Assembly: GCF_009914755.1 (NCBI RefSeq)
Contig: NC_060927.1
Direction: 5' to 3' (one strand)
DNA: 64,000 nt
DNA from: the human T2T-CHM13v2.0 reference genome, Homo sapiens
Shown piece after piece: positions 1-13,307 of the stretch. The translations under genes were made by a program, and so were the position numbers. The notes under the pieces are model-generated. The model was not told the DNA's origin. It ran no database searches and worked only from the letters and a program-made list of their open reading frames with translations. Every line of letters begins with the position of its first letter. Positions within the stretch are counted from its first letter, which is position 1.

Positions 1-29
1 TGTTCTCTCAGAGGTCATTGGTGGCATCC

Positions 30-430
30 TCAGATCCAAAAGCCTTCACTCTGACTTCATCCTCTGCCACTGCTCCATGCCAGTTAACATAGTTGACTGC
101 CTGGTGACTCCCACTGGTCTTTCCAAGTTCTCTTTCTGTTTCATAGACTGCTTCTTGTCTACCTTCCTAGATAGCTTATCCCCCTTTGAATGTAGGCATT
201 TGCCAGGACAGGCCAACTCTTTGCTTTCCACAGTATTTCTCCCCTGGGACTATCATCTACTACTGTTTCAACTTCCCTTCTGTGCTGAAACTCCCAAATT
301 TTTACCTTCACCACTGCTGGCCTGAGTTCCATCTAGTCCCATGTGTGCACTTACTCCTAGATATCTCACCAGTTCCTCAACCACAGGATTCCAAAGCCAA
401 ACTCTCTTGTCCTCTACCAGTCTTCTAATT
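30..430 (+). mobile_element. L2 LINE fragment (degraded)
   Basis: Pyrimidine-rich L2 ORF2-like motifs (ctcccaaattttaccttc...ctgagttcc...ctcctagatatctcacc). Confidence 0.45.
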
Positions 431-559
431 GCTCTTACTAGGACTAATCTTCTTGTCATCAGGGCCCACAGCAATTGCTGGTCTAGTCTTTGTATGTCTT
501 GCATCTTTAGAACATGTAACATACTCCATTTTACATCTTATAGCATAATCATTATTTCT

Positions 560-1640
560 CCATTTTTCTCGTTTATTGAGGTATAATTTATTTTTACTAA
601 ATGTGCACAAATATTAAGCATACAGATTGATACACTTTTACATATGTGTGTACTATATAGTCTCTATCCAGATTAAGTTATAGAATATTTCCAACTCTGC
701 CACTAGCCTCCTTTGTGGCACATTCCAGTTGATATCCACTTTCTTACTGAGAGGTTGCCACCATTTGATGTCTATTACTGTAGATTAATTCTGTCTGTTT
801 TGGACTGCATGCATGTGGACTCTCATATTAATGGAAATGCAACTTCATATAAATGGAATTTACATTGCCATCAGAAATGTATGCAAACTCTAGTTGCTTC
901 ACTTCTTTAACATTTGGTAATATCTTTTTATTTAGCCTTTCTGGCCAGGCGCAGTGGCTCATGCTTGTAGTCCCAGCAGTTTGGGAGGCTGAGGCAGGCA
1001 GATCACTTGAACTTAGAAGTTCAAGGCCAGCCTAGAAAACATGGAGAAACCCTGTCTCTACAAAAAATACAAACATTAGCTGGGCATGGTGGTGCATGCC
1101 TGTGGTCCCAGCTACCTGCGGGGGCTGAGGTGGGAGGATCGCTTGAGCCCAGGAGGCAGAGGTTGCAGTGAGCGGAGATCGCACCACTGTACTCCATCCA
1201 CCCTGGGTGACAGGGCCAAGACCTTGTCTCTAAATAAGTAAATAAATATTAGCCTTTCTGGTAGGGCTGTAGTACTCCCTCGTTGTAAATTTAATTTGTA
1301 TTTCCCTGATGATTTATAATGTTGAAACTCCCTTTCACATGCTTATTTGCATATTCTCTTTAAGGCCCCTTCAAGTCTGTTTCTTTTATATTGGGTTGTC
1401 AGTCTTATTTTTTATTAAATTATTGGTTTATAGGAGTTGTTCATATATTCTGTATGTGAGTCTTTTGTTGGTTATACATAAGCAAATATCTTCTCCCAAT
1501 CTGTAACTTGCCTTTTCATCCTGTTGTTGTATTTTGATTAACATAACTTATTTATTTCAATAAAGTCTTACTTTTTTAACCTTTTATGATTGGTGACTTT
1601 ATGTTCTTTTCAAGAAATTTTTAACTTCTTCAAGGTCATG
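560..1640 (-). mobile_element. Old L1M 3' fragment interrupted by an Alu
   Basis: Antisense L1M 3'-end motifs (tttattgaggtataatt...; ttaatttgtatttccctgatg...ttcacatgcttattt) on both sides of the Alu at 943-1247. Confidence 0.7.
943..1247 (+). mobile_element. AluJ
   Basis: Full dimer with J-type ggaggatcgcttgagccc; TSD ttagcctttct (932-942 / 1249-1259). Confidence 0.93.
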
Positions 1641-2258
1641 AAGATAAAACTGAAACACAGAAAGGTTAAGTGGTTTGCACTAAGATTGTGGCAGACTGAG
1701 TTTTCCTCAAAACTTTAATTGTCCCCCTCTTCCTGGGTATATGGCTGCCCAACCAGACATTTCTAGCTTTTCCAGTACTGAGAAGTGGCTATGTGAGTTT
1801 GGATTGGATCATTGAACTATAAGTAGAAGAGATGGTCATCCCTAACTTGAAAGCAAGACACTTTTCATGTATTTTGCCATTTTCCCCACCCATGCCCTAA
1901 CTCCCTACCATGCCCTATAACAGAGATATGGTAGAGTTTCAGTATTGATCATGTGGATGAAGACAACTCTGAATGGTTTCATGGAGCAGAACGACTTTTA
2001 AGTTTATTTAAATAATATTTAAGTTTATTTAAATAATGTTTAGATAATTTAAAACTTGTTTGAATAATTAGAGTATATTTAAACCTAAATAAACATATTT
2101 TTGGGACTCTTACTGTTATTTAGACTTCAACAAATACACAGAGTTGGTTAGCATATACTGGAAGCAGCCCTTCAACTCAGATCTTCAGCTTCTTGTACTC
2201 TTAATACTTTGTCACGTTATCATAGTGCTGATGGAATGGTGTGGAATAGTTATCTTAA

Positions 2259-2578
<320 letters not shown>

Positions 2579-2599
2579 TACCCCTTTATTTTGACATCT

Positions 2600-3000
2600 G
2601 CAGCTCTTTGCTGAACATAACATTGCACCCATAGCTTCCACTGTTTTTTCACATTATGTGTACTTAAGCCAAACCATATTCCTTGCTTTTTCCTGAATTT
2701 GATTGCTCTTTTTGCCCTAATCCCCTTCCCTTATGCTATTAAGTCCACCTATAATGATTTTTGTGTTCCCTTCTCTTTTTCTCCTTGTCTGAACTATGTC
2801 TGTCTTTTAATGTGCAACGCTAATGCTATCTGGATCCATTAGGAGATCAAGCCATTCCTGATCCCCTAATCAGTGATCACCTCTTTTTCCACCACCTGAA
2901 TGCTTTTCTCCTCCTGAGGGCAAGGGCCATATGTGTGATCCAGTGCCTGGCACATGGAAGGAACTCAGTAAGCATTTTGAAATGAATGAATAAATGAACT
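2600..3000 (+). mobile_element. L2 3' end
   Basis: cagtgcctggcacatgg...ctcagtaagcatttt...gaatgaataaatgaa terminal signature. Confidence 0.7.
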
Positions 3001-3439
3001 AGATGATAAGTAAATTTTTCAGGTACTGAAACTGTGTATTGAATATTTGTAAATATTGATCTGGTCATGCAATGAGCATGGCCAAGGATTTTTAAACTGT
3101 CCAATTGTTTTTGTGTCTTCTCTGTCAGTGAAGTTCTAACTCGGCAGTTCTGAATCAGCAGAATTTCTGTGCTGTATCACTTTCATCTTCCATAACATAG
3201 CCCATGCAGCTGGATATGTCAGTACAAATTGCTGACATAGTATGTCCATTACCTAATTTGACCTTTTAGCAAATAAGACCTTTCTATTATAAAGTGAGAA
3301 GAGGTATATGTGGAAAAAGAGATGCTATTTTCTATTGAAGGCAGATGATTTGACTTAGACAACTATGTGACAACTGGCTTCACTCGTGTTCTCTTGGCAT
3401 CTTAAAAGAACATTTGAACCATATTTGAAATACCATTAT

Positions 3440-3566
3440 GTTCCTATCTGCAAGTTCCACTGTTGGAGATTCTCATTCAGTATGTTTGGGGTTGGGCCCA
3501 GGAATCTATACTTTTAAGTGTCTCCCCAGGCAATAATGATGATCACTTAGGTTTGGGAACCACTGG
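3440..3566. mobile_element. MER5-like hAT-Charlie MITE fragment
   Basis: gagattctcattcagtatgtttggggttgggcccaggaatct...ttttaag...tttgggaaccactg. Confidence 0.65.
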
Positions 3567-3569
3567 CAA

Positions 3570-3810
3570 AGAAGTGTTAAGAGCTCAGATATGAGAGTCC
3601 TTGAGGCCTAATTCTCCTCTCCAGTTACTAGCAGTGTGATCTTGGGAAAGTTACTGTCTTTGAGCTTCTTCAGGGTGATTATCTGAATATTATGTGGACA
3701 ATAATATTACCTCCTTTAAAAGGTTGTTAGGAGGATTAAATGAGATAATCTACTGTGCTTAGCACAGTGTTTGACAGTAAATATTTAATTAAATGTAATT
3801 GTTATTATCA
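3570..3810 (+). mobile_element. MIR
   Basis: gtgtgatcttgggaaagttact...ttgttaggaggattaaatgagataat...gtgcttagcacagtg core. Confidence 0.75.
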
Positions 3811-6800
3811 CTAATTATCAAGTTATTTACAAGAGACCTTTCTTTGTATTTTTTGTATAGAATATACAAAATAGAATCTACCATCTACAAAAAAAAATTC
3901 CTATTGTGTGTGTGTGTGTGTTCTTTCTTTTAATGGGAATCTTAATTAGCTTCAGGGATTTAGTTAAAATTCTGTGTGAGATTACTCTGACCCCATTTAC
4001 TCTTTGTGAATAATTTACCAGTTAACAACTCTATACTTAAAAAAATTATTGGAGAACCTTTGTGTGTGCATGTGTGTGTGCACAGGCCATCAAAGGAATG
4101 CTTACCTGGAAAATGTAAGAACCAAATGTTCTAGTGCAGCATTTCTTGAACAAGTAGATGGCTAAAGTGTCATAATTTAGGAGCTTCAAGTTGAGGCTAT
4201 GGGTGAAAGACATGCAGGGAGACACCTGTTTCAAGTTCTGGCCTCTTCTCATAAAATTAATTTTCTGTCTGATCCAATACCAAACAGAAAATGGAGCAGA
4301 GGTACTCTGAGCTAGGGTTTGGTGGTGCTACCTGCAAAATAAATTGAATTTTGATTGTGTGTATACACTGTACCATGTGCTTGTGTATGTTTCATATATA
4401 TCCATGTAGGAATGATGTGGAAGCCTTGGGTCAGGTGAGGGGGTCTGGGGTGTGGGTGGAGTCATGGTATCAAAAGGAGTTAGAGCCACCCCTTGTACAA
4501 TAGTTACTTGTTAACAAATTTGTGAATAATGAAAAGTCAAATTTTCCTGCAGACATAATCATTCATGGCAAGGGCAAGATTTCTTTTAGGTGAAGCAGAA
4601 ACTCTCTAGAGTAAGAGAATGAGTAGATTTACTTGAAAAATCTTTGCATAAAGAAATAATAATACTGCTAATAATAGGGTATCAAGTGTGTCATGTTTTT
4701 CATCATACAGATGAAAAAAGTCCATCACACTGCTAATTTTATTTAACTCATAATAACTTAAAGTTGCTATCAGTTATAGTTAATTTAGATAACCTCAGTG
4801 TATATTTTGCCACATTTTTATTCCATTTCCATTCAACTGCCTATTGAATTCTGAAATTGCATGGAGAGTAGGTGATGAAAGTCACAGTCTGCAACCCCTT
4901 TCCTGTTCTTTCACTTGAGTGAACCCTTCATATTCAGAGTTCATTTATCATTGTCAACAAGAGCTGTTGTCATCTGACCAAAATGAGTGAGAAATTTCAG
5001 TTCTCGGGGCAAAATGTGTATTCAGAGCTGAAATTTTGTTTAAGAATAAGGCTGATTACTTAACAGTGAAGGGCTTCAGTGTGGGGTCAGCTCACCCTCA
5101 TTGCACTTTCAAGTATAATATTAGGTATTCTTAGATGTCCAGAACCTGTGAAATTCTTAATAGAGTTGGTTTATACGTAATTTCTATTCTTTGACTTACA
5201 AGAACTTAAATCTTGTCTAAAAACCTGTATGGATTTCAAAGGCTTAGAGAGGATTAAAAGGCTATAAAAATTTAAATAACTTCATCCAGTGAGTATGTTT
5301 ACCTAAATGTGTCATCAAACTTCTCAGCTTTCTGGTTAGAAAACTGGTTTGGGACACACTGACTCACACTGTCGACTGATAGAATGCAAACACATTCAGA
5401 ATTCTCCTGGCAAGACTAATGTAACAAAAACAGGGTTCTGTGAGCTTTTAGAGGTGAAATGTTTCATTTCTTTAATAAATCTTCCTATCACTGAGAGCTT
5501 TTAAAGTAAACAAACACATGTCTTCACAGTTGTTAGGTGCTAGGTGAAGTGGCAGATGCATGTTGTTATATCCAGTACCCCTTACCACTTTCCAAGGAAA
5601 CAATTTTTGTAGGTAACCTGGGGAGTATTATGTTTTAGCCCTTAGGCTGAAAAAAAGTAATACGCTATAATTCTAACTATTATCTCCATATGTAAATAAA
5701 CATTTTATGGGGTTTATATTTTCCCTTTGGCCTATAGATCTCAAATTCTTTGCCCAAATAGTTACCCATACTCTTCTCAGAACCCTCATGCAAGAAAGTA
5801 GATAACTAGAATATTTATGCCCATTTTATAGATGGAAGCATCAACACATAACTAGTGTTATTTTTTTTAATGTTGCCCAAGAAACTTGGGCCCAAACTCA
5901 AACAATGGCCAAAGGCAGTTATATTCTCTAAGTAAGGTTAGCTGAGCAACCCTTTTCAAGGATGAAGAGATGGAGACTGGCCTGTCTTCTTGGCAGAGCT
6001 CAGGTTACAGTTGAAATAAATAGACGCTCCTGTTTCTTTCTCTTTTCCAGTTGGTTATATCTCATTGCCGTTTGTTCATTCACATGTTGCTGTAATTAGC
6101 CAATTTTAGGCTAGGCAAAGGGATTAGGTAGCGCATTACACACCCACATCTCCCTTTCTGGGATTTAGGATGAAATGAGATTTATTTTTCCATTTGCTTC
6201 AGCCAAATGGAAATGTATTTCTTCAATCCTATTTGGCTGTAAAGTAAGTTTTTATCAGGAAGTTGTACAATAATGGATAATGTGAAATCCATTTCTCTTG
6301 GGTGTTTTGCTCGTAATAGTTTTCTGGTTGTTGTTTTTGTTATTATATATTATATAATATATATTATATGTTATTATAACAAAATAATAAGTATTATTAT
6401 TGTTAAGTTGTTTCCAAATTTGACTCTAGACACACTTAACACAAGGCCTGTATACACTCTAGGTTCTCTAACAACTTGCCAGTGGTGGGTTGAGATTTTT
6501 CTGCATGACGAATGTCTCATGGTCTCAGGATAAAGGGGAAATCCAAGGTTGTGGCATACAGGGTCTGTATGCCCTGGCTCTAAAATACTCATCCTCACCC
6601 GAGGCTTAACTCCATAAATTTATCTTTTTAATGTACCTGTGAGTGCATTTCTCTGCCTGCTAAGTCTACTCAGCCTTGAAGCTAATTGCTGCCTGCTGGG
6701 AAACCTTCACATTCGCTCCCTGCAGAGCTAATCCATCTTTCTAATCAGATCCTTGAGCACTCTTGTACATGCCTCTGTTACAGCTCACAATTAATTAACT

Positions 6801-7183
6801 CATTCTACTTATGTTTCCACCTGGGCCTCAAAGACAGGATCCATGTCTTCTTCATTATTTTTTTTTCCTAGTTCCTAGTTCCAAGCATAGTGTTAAGTTA
6901 AATGAAAGAATGGATAACAAATATCCCCCATTTTCTCTCTTTTCACATATAACCAAAATGTTCGTTCTCTCTTTTTTTTTCCAGCAAATAATCATTTGCT
7001 TTCAGTTCCAAGTCTTTATTCTTTGCTTCCTAATAACATTAAAAGTTTTAATTTTTAGAGTGTTAAGAACACAGTGAAACTTTATCTCATGAGAAATCTA
7101 CATTATCATCAATAGTTTTATATCTATCTTGTTGGTCATTTAAATCAATCAAGTTATACATCCATACTGACCTTTTTGGTTTT

Positions 7184-7400
7184 ATTCAGCCATAAAAAGG
7201 AATGAAGTATACTGATACATGTTACAACATGTCTGAACCCTGAAAACATTATTTTAAGTGAAAGAAAACAGGGACAAATAGCTACATCTTGTATGATTCC
7301 ATTTATGTGAAATGCCCAGAATAGGCAAAACCATAGAGACAGAAAGGAGATCAGTGGTTTCTAGCGGCTGTAGTGTCACTGCTTAATGGGCACAGGGCTG
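7184..7400 (+). mobile_element. L1M(B) 3' fragment, sense
   Basis: tattcagccataaaaaggaatgaag...tgattccatttatgtgaaatgcccagaataggcaaaaccatagagacagaaag. Confidence 0.85.
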
Positions 7401-7407
7401 CTGCTTC

Positions 7408-7709
7408 TTTTTTCTGTTTTTCTTTTGAGACAGGGTCTTGCTTTGTTTCCCAGGCTGGAGTATAATGGCGTGATCTCGGCTTACTGCAGCCTTGACCTCC
7501 CTGGACTCAGGTGATCCTCCTACCTCAGCCGCCCAGGTAGCTGGGACTGCAGGTGCATGCCAGCACACCCAGCTAAATTTTGTATTTTTTGTAGAGATGA
7601 AGTTTTGCCATGTTGCCCAGGCTGGTCTCAAACTCCTGGGCTCAAGCAGTCCACCTGCCTCAGCCTCCCAAAGTGCTGGCATTACAGGCATGAGCCACCG
7701 CACCTGGCC
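7408..7709 (-). mobile_element. AluJ
   Basis: J-type gcagccttgacctccctgg and ctcctgggctcaagc; degenerate TSD acag(a/g)gct..tctttt. Confidence 0.93.
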
Positions 7710-7717
7710 CACAGAGC

Positions 7718-8450
7718 TTCTTTTCAATTGACAAGTAGTATTCCATTACATGGATATACCACAGTTTTGTTTATCCATGCCTCAGTTGATGGACATTTGG
7801 GTTGTTTTCACTTCTTGACTATCATGAATAATGCTGCTGTGAATATTTGTGTACAGATTTTTGTGGACATGTGTTTTCATCTTCTTAGGTGTGTACCTAA
7901 GAGTAGAATTGCTGAGTTGTATGGTAACTGCAATGGACTGAATATTTGTGTCCCCCCAAACTCTTATGTTGAAATCATAACTCCCAATGTGATGGTATTA
8001 GGAAGTGGAGCCTTTGGGAGATAATTAGGTTTTGAGGTTAGAGGGGCATTCATGAATGGAATTAGTGACCCTCATAAGAACTTTCTCACCCACTTTCCAC
8101 CACGTGAGGAAACAAGGAGACGACAGCGGTTTACAACCCAGAAGAGGGCCCTTACCAGAATACTTCTAGCACCCTCATCTCTGACTTCCACCTTCCAGAA
8201 CTGTGAGAAATAAATTTCTGTTGTTTACAAGCCACCCAATCTCTGGTATTTTGTCATCACAGCCCCAGCGGACTAAGGCAATAATTCTACACTTAACTTT
8301 TTGAGGAACTGACAGACTATTTTCCAATGCACCATTTTACATTACTACACAGCAGCATATGAGGGTTCCAGTTTCACATCCTTGTCAATACTTGTTATTA
8401 TCTTTTTGATTAAAGTTATCGTAGTGGATATGAAGTGGTATCTCTCTGTT
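7718..8450 (-). mobile_element. L1M(B) fragment, antisense, split by an MLT1 LTR
   Basis: gtagtattccatt...gatggacatttgggttgtttt...agaattgctgagttgtatggtaac | ttaactttttgaggaactgacagact. Confidence 0.85.
7929..8280 (+). mobile_element. MaLR solo LTR (MLT1A-like)
   Basis: TG...CA ends; tgcaatggactgaatatttgtgtcccccc start; ccagaactgtgagaaataaatttctgttgttt...gactaaggca end. Confidence 0.85.
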
Positions 8451-11042
8451 ACCAGTGATTAACCTATTTCTAAAGGAAAGTAGAAAGTAAGAGGCATTTG
8501 AAGTTACTGAGAATCAATTAACCAAAGAATGTTTAATAGGAAATAAAAAGGATACAATCTAAAGCTCATAAGGTGGCCTGGCTAAATGAATTGCATCTAT
8601 AAAATTGAATAATATGCAACCACTTAAAAAAAGAATAGAAAAAGTATTGTATGATCTTCATGAATTGCTGATATATGCTTGTAATAATCTTTTTAAAGAT
8701 AAATACAAGAAACTATTCATGGTGGATTATCTTTGAGGAGTAGGAAGTGAGAGCAGGGCTATGTGCGTGACCCTGAAGCATATATGCAAGATATAGTGTG
8801 AAAAAGCTGTGAGTTGGAAATTACTTATTTTTAAGAAAAGAAAAAACGTAGAAAACACATATTCAGTCTCATGAATCTTGCTAATGCGTTTCTTCTGAAA
8901 CATCTTCTGAAGCTACAAGTTTGTCAGGCATCTCGGATATTTCAGAGTGTTACTGAGAAATTCATGGAAATAAATGGAGTGTATGTGTATGATAAGTAGG
9001 GAGGAAATTTAAAGAAGTGAGGATTGGCAAGTAGAAATTGAGTTAAATAGGAAACTGATAAAGAATTCTCAAACACTCCAAACTAACTGAATTTAAATTA
9101 GAGAGGGAATTTGGCAAAGTGGGCCTTAGATCCCACTATTTTCAACAAATCAGACTTTTCAGGACCATGTAGGGCCAGTACTGAGTGTTGTGAGCTGTTG
9201 CCAAATATGTCATGTGGTGAGAAAGGTAAGCCAGGATCCTGGATTTGGACTCTAAGACTTGATATAGGATATATGAAGGAGGAAGCCTCAGACATTTCAG
9301 AGAATGAGCAATGGAAGTTTTTTTATTTTTGGAAGACCAGTGATGCTAGGCCATGAGAACCTGAATTTGATAGGGAAAAGGAAATATACTGAAATTATAT
9401 TGACAAGGTGAAAATACTCTTTCAATAAAATGTTATAATCTTTAAGTGTGTTTTTGATATGTTAGATTTTTTTTTCCAGAAGTAACACATCTCTAAACAA
9501 AGCCCAAGTCAGTGGGAAAGTCTGATTCATGTCATTAACATTCACTTTATACTCTTTACAACATCATATCATGTTTAAATTGAGGTCAGATTCAAGACTA
9601 GTCTCAGGTAAAGTTATAAAGTAAGAAATTGGTTCTCTTCTTCATTGTTAGTAATGGTATAAATATCTTTTACAGAAGGCAGTTTAGCTATAGGTTTTAT
9701 AACTTAAATAGGTTCATAACTTTTGACTTAGCAATTTCACATATAAGAATTCTAAAACAATAATCAGAAAGGCATAAAAATTCATTGGAATGTGAGGCCA
9801 TTCAGGATAGAGTTCTTTATACTAGTGACAAAGGAGGAATATAAATGCCCACAACAGAGAATTTGCTAAATAAGTTGTGATGCACCTGTGTGATACAGTA
9901 GTATTCATCTACTTTCATTGTGATGTAGAGTAGTTGGTGATTTGGGAAAATGGTCATGATGTTTTTGTTAGTGAAAAAATATTGGATATAAAAACTGCAA
10001 TGTATGAATTGAGTGAGTTGTTTTTAGTGATTAGTTAATGTCTCTGATGTGTTTAATCTTAAAATCCCCTTTTAGGATCATTTTTTTTCTTCTAGCTCCA
10101 TGATAAGGGCACCATATGCTCTTAATTCTGCCTTCTTGGGGATAGTCCCAATGCTCTTAAGCTCATTCTGCTTTCCTCATCAAAATGGGCTTGTCTTATA
10201 TCCCATTCTCCCATGACCATGCTAACCGAAGGGAATGAATCCAGAAGCTAATTCATGATGAGAGATTAATGGAAAATAATAGATTAAAATGTAGCCAACT
10301 TTTCCTACATTTCATTCACTCATTCAAAAAAAATATTTATTTTACCTCTCCCATACTCTTGGTCCTGTGGAAGGGGCTGTGTAACAAAATATATCAAAAG
10401 TAAGCCCGCTTACCTTAGAGTGGGAATATTTGATTTTTCATAATAACTTTAGACAAGAAGATGCAATTAGTGTGAGGATTTTTGACAGTGGCAAGCCAGA
10501 GAAGCATTGGAGACTTTGGATGTACTTAAAAACCCTCACTTTGGTTCAGTCTTGATTTCGCATATTTGGAAGGCTACATTTTTCATAATACCACCAAACT
10601 AACATTTCTGTTTCTCTAAGTAGAGTGATTTACCAAAAAGAAGAAATGAGTCTTAATGGTTTAAAAAAAAAAAAGTTCACAGAGCACTGTCTTGCCCAGC
10701 TCAGTGTTATACAGTGTTAGATCATTAGGACATTCAGCAATTCTCCTACACTAAAGGAAATAGGATACAACCATGCCTTGAGTATAAGCCCTTATTTTGC
10801 CTCCTCTGTATCCTTTGTTGTCATTAGCCTGCAACTTTGCATTGCACTTATTGATGTTATGTCTGTCTCCCCTATACTAAACAATATGCCACTTGAAAAC
10901 TCTTATTAATTGTCACATTATTAGAACCCAGTATAGGGTCTACATAAATGCTTTCTTGGCAACTCAAAAATATACCTATTGGTATCATGCAGAGTACATA
11001 AGTAAACTGCTTTGAAGAAAGGCAAATTTGAAGAAAGATACG

Positions 11043-11466
11043 TGTAATGGTTAATTTTATGTGTCAACTTGACTGGGCCATGGGATGTCTGAATAGCTGG
11101 TTAAACATTATTTTGAGGTGTATCTGTGAGAGTGTTTCCAAAGAGGTTAGCATTTTAGTTGGTAGACTGCCTTCCCCAGTGTGAGTAGACATCCTGCAAT
11201 CTGTTGAGAGCCAGAATGGAACAGAAAGCTGAAGGCAGGTTGAATTAACTGCCTGGGTTAATTGCACTGGCACATCAATCTTCTGTCCTTGCCACTCCTG
11301 ATTCTTAGGGCTTTAGATTGGGAATAGAATCTACACCATTGATTTTCTAGCTTTCAGGTCTTTCGGCTACATGACTGGCTTTCTTGGGTCTCCAGTTTGA
11401 AGACAGCAGCTCATGCAACTGCCCAGCCTTCAGGATCATGTGAGCCAACACTTTATAATAACGGTT

Positions 11467-11520
<54 letters not shown>

Positions 11521-11550
11521 CTGTTTCTCTGGAGGACCCTGACAAATACA
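11043..11550 (+). mobile_element. ERVL solo LTR (MLT2-like)
   Basis: tgtaatggttaattttatgtgtcaacttgactggg start; gttctgtttctctggaggaccctgacaaataca end; internal (CA)n at the usual MLT2 position. Confidence 0.88.
11470..11517 (+). repeat. (AC)24 microsatellite
   Basis: Perfect dinucleotide run read directly. Confidence 0.97.
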
Positions 11551-11559
11551 GTGCTAATG

Positions 11560-11730
11560 GTCACTGAGTGCTTTTTATGTGCTAGACACCTTACTTAGCA
11601 CTTGCTGTGCATTATATAATTAGTAATCACAGGAACCTATGAGATCTCTATCATTTTTTAAACAGATGGTGAATCGGAGACTTAACAAGATTAAATGCTT
11701 TGCCCAAGGTCAAATAGCCAGTAGGATCAG
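11560..11730 (-). mobile_element. MIR
   Basis: cactgagtgctttttatgtgctagacac...aacctatgag...acagatggtgaatcggaga...ttgcccaaggtca. Confidence 0.65.
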
Positions 11731-12989
11731 ATGAGAGGATGGGACCATGCTTCATGGTCCATGCTCCACGTTTGTTGTTCTAACTCGAGTCTATGCTTTT
11801 AACTCTGATACCCTGTGCTCTTCCATAAGGCCTTTCTGTGCAGTGATACTCACTCATCACTTGTGCCAGCCATCATCTTCACGGCTGGCCAAAGCTGTTT
11901 GGCTTCATCTTCTCATCTGAAGAATTAATACACTTGCCAGGAAAGTTTACCTATGAGTTGCAAATTCAGGATACAGTTTAATTCTAATATCCCACCTTGA
12001 TTTTCACTTATGAGGCAAAAATTTCTATTTTGATATGGTTTAGTGGCTCTTATTCCTCTTTATATTTTTTAGTCCAAATGGAACAGAAGTTTGAGGTTGC
12101 CTTTCCACATTCAGTTTTTGGCTACCTGTTTTATAGGGCTGTTAAACTAGTAACCACCAGCTAGTTAGTAGATGTATTATAGAGTATTTACTGTATGTCC
12201 TGCATTCTCCTAGGGCTGTGCTGGCTGTTGGATAATTACTGTGTTTAATCTCCTTTTTGCCTGATCTTCCACAGTGTTGCAACAGTGGTGTCTGTGCCAC
12301 AGAATGAACACCTGCATTCTTCCTAAATTATCTACAGATTATTTTGAGTGCCTTGTCTTTTCACCTGTATTTTAGTTGTGTGTAAAATTTATCTTGGACC
12401 TCCCGTAACACCAGGCACATAGTTTGAGTACCTAGGAATGATTCTAGGGATATTCTCTAGAATATCATCAAATATATTGTCAGGAGAGCTGGCTTCTACT
12501 CTGACTCTGCAACTATTTAGCTGGAAGATTTGGTGACTTTTTTTTATCTTGGGCTTGAGAGGCCTCACTTTTCTCAATTCAAAAAATCAAAGCATTGGTC
12601 TAGATTGCTAGGTCTTTTCTAGCTTAAATTCTTGGCTTCTGAGATTTCTGTAATTTTTTATAGTTATCTGGTAGATTGATTCATGGTGGTTGTATTAACA
12701 GGAATAAAAAAGTTGTGAGTGGACTTGGATGTGCAAAGGTGATATTAGGTTAAGTTTCAAATATGTGGAAGCAGTAGGGTATACCGAAATCTAGATGTCC
12801 TTTAAGAATGGATGTACAGATTTGGATTTAAAGTTGGTGGTAGTCACTGTCATTCTCACTGACCTCTTTTGGTAGTGGAGTTAGAATCCTAGGCTTGAGG
12901 TAAAAGGTACTTGTTCATGACAATCACATAATCACAAATTTTTAGGTGTGAAAGAGACACAGAAATCATAATCATATGCCCTGCCCTTG

Positions 12990-13307
12990 TTTGTTTGTTT
13001 TTTGTTTTGTTTTGTTTTGTTTTTTTTGAGACAGATTCTTGCTCTGTTGCCCAGGCTGGAGTGCAGTGGCGTGATCTCGGCTCACTGCAACCTCCACCTC
13101 TTGGGTTCAAGTGATCCTTCTGCCTCAGCCTCCTGAGTAGCTGGGATTACAGGCGCGCGGCACCACGCCCGGCTAATTTTTGTATTTTTAGTAGAGACAG
13201 GGTTTCACCATTTTGGCCAGGCTGGTCTCGAACCCTTGACCTCATTATCTCCCTGCCTTGGCTTCCCAAAGTGCTAGGATTACAGGTGTGAGCCACCACG
13301 CCCAGCC
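12990..13307 (-). mobile_element. AluS (Sg-like) with (GTTTT)n tail
   Basis: Full dimer; TSD ccttgttt. Confidence 0.94.

Noticed and set aside
7383-8024. 114-aa and 155-aa ORFs
   Set aside because: They run across Alu, L1 and MLT1 sequence, with typical Alu-derived peptides and no splice or homology support.
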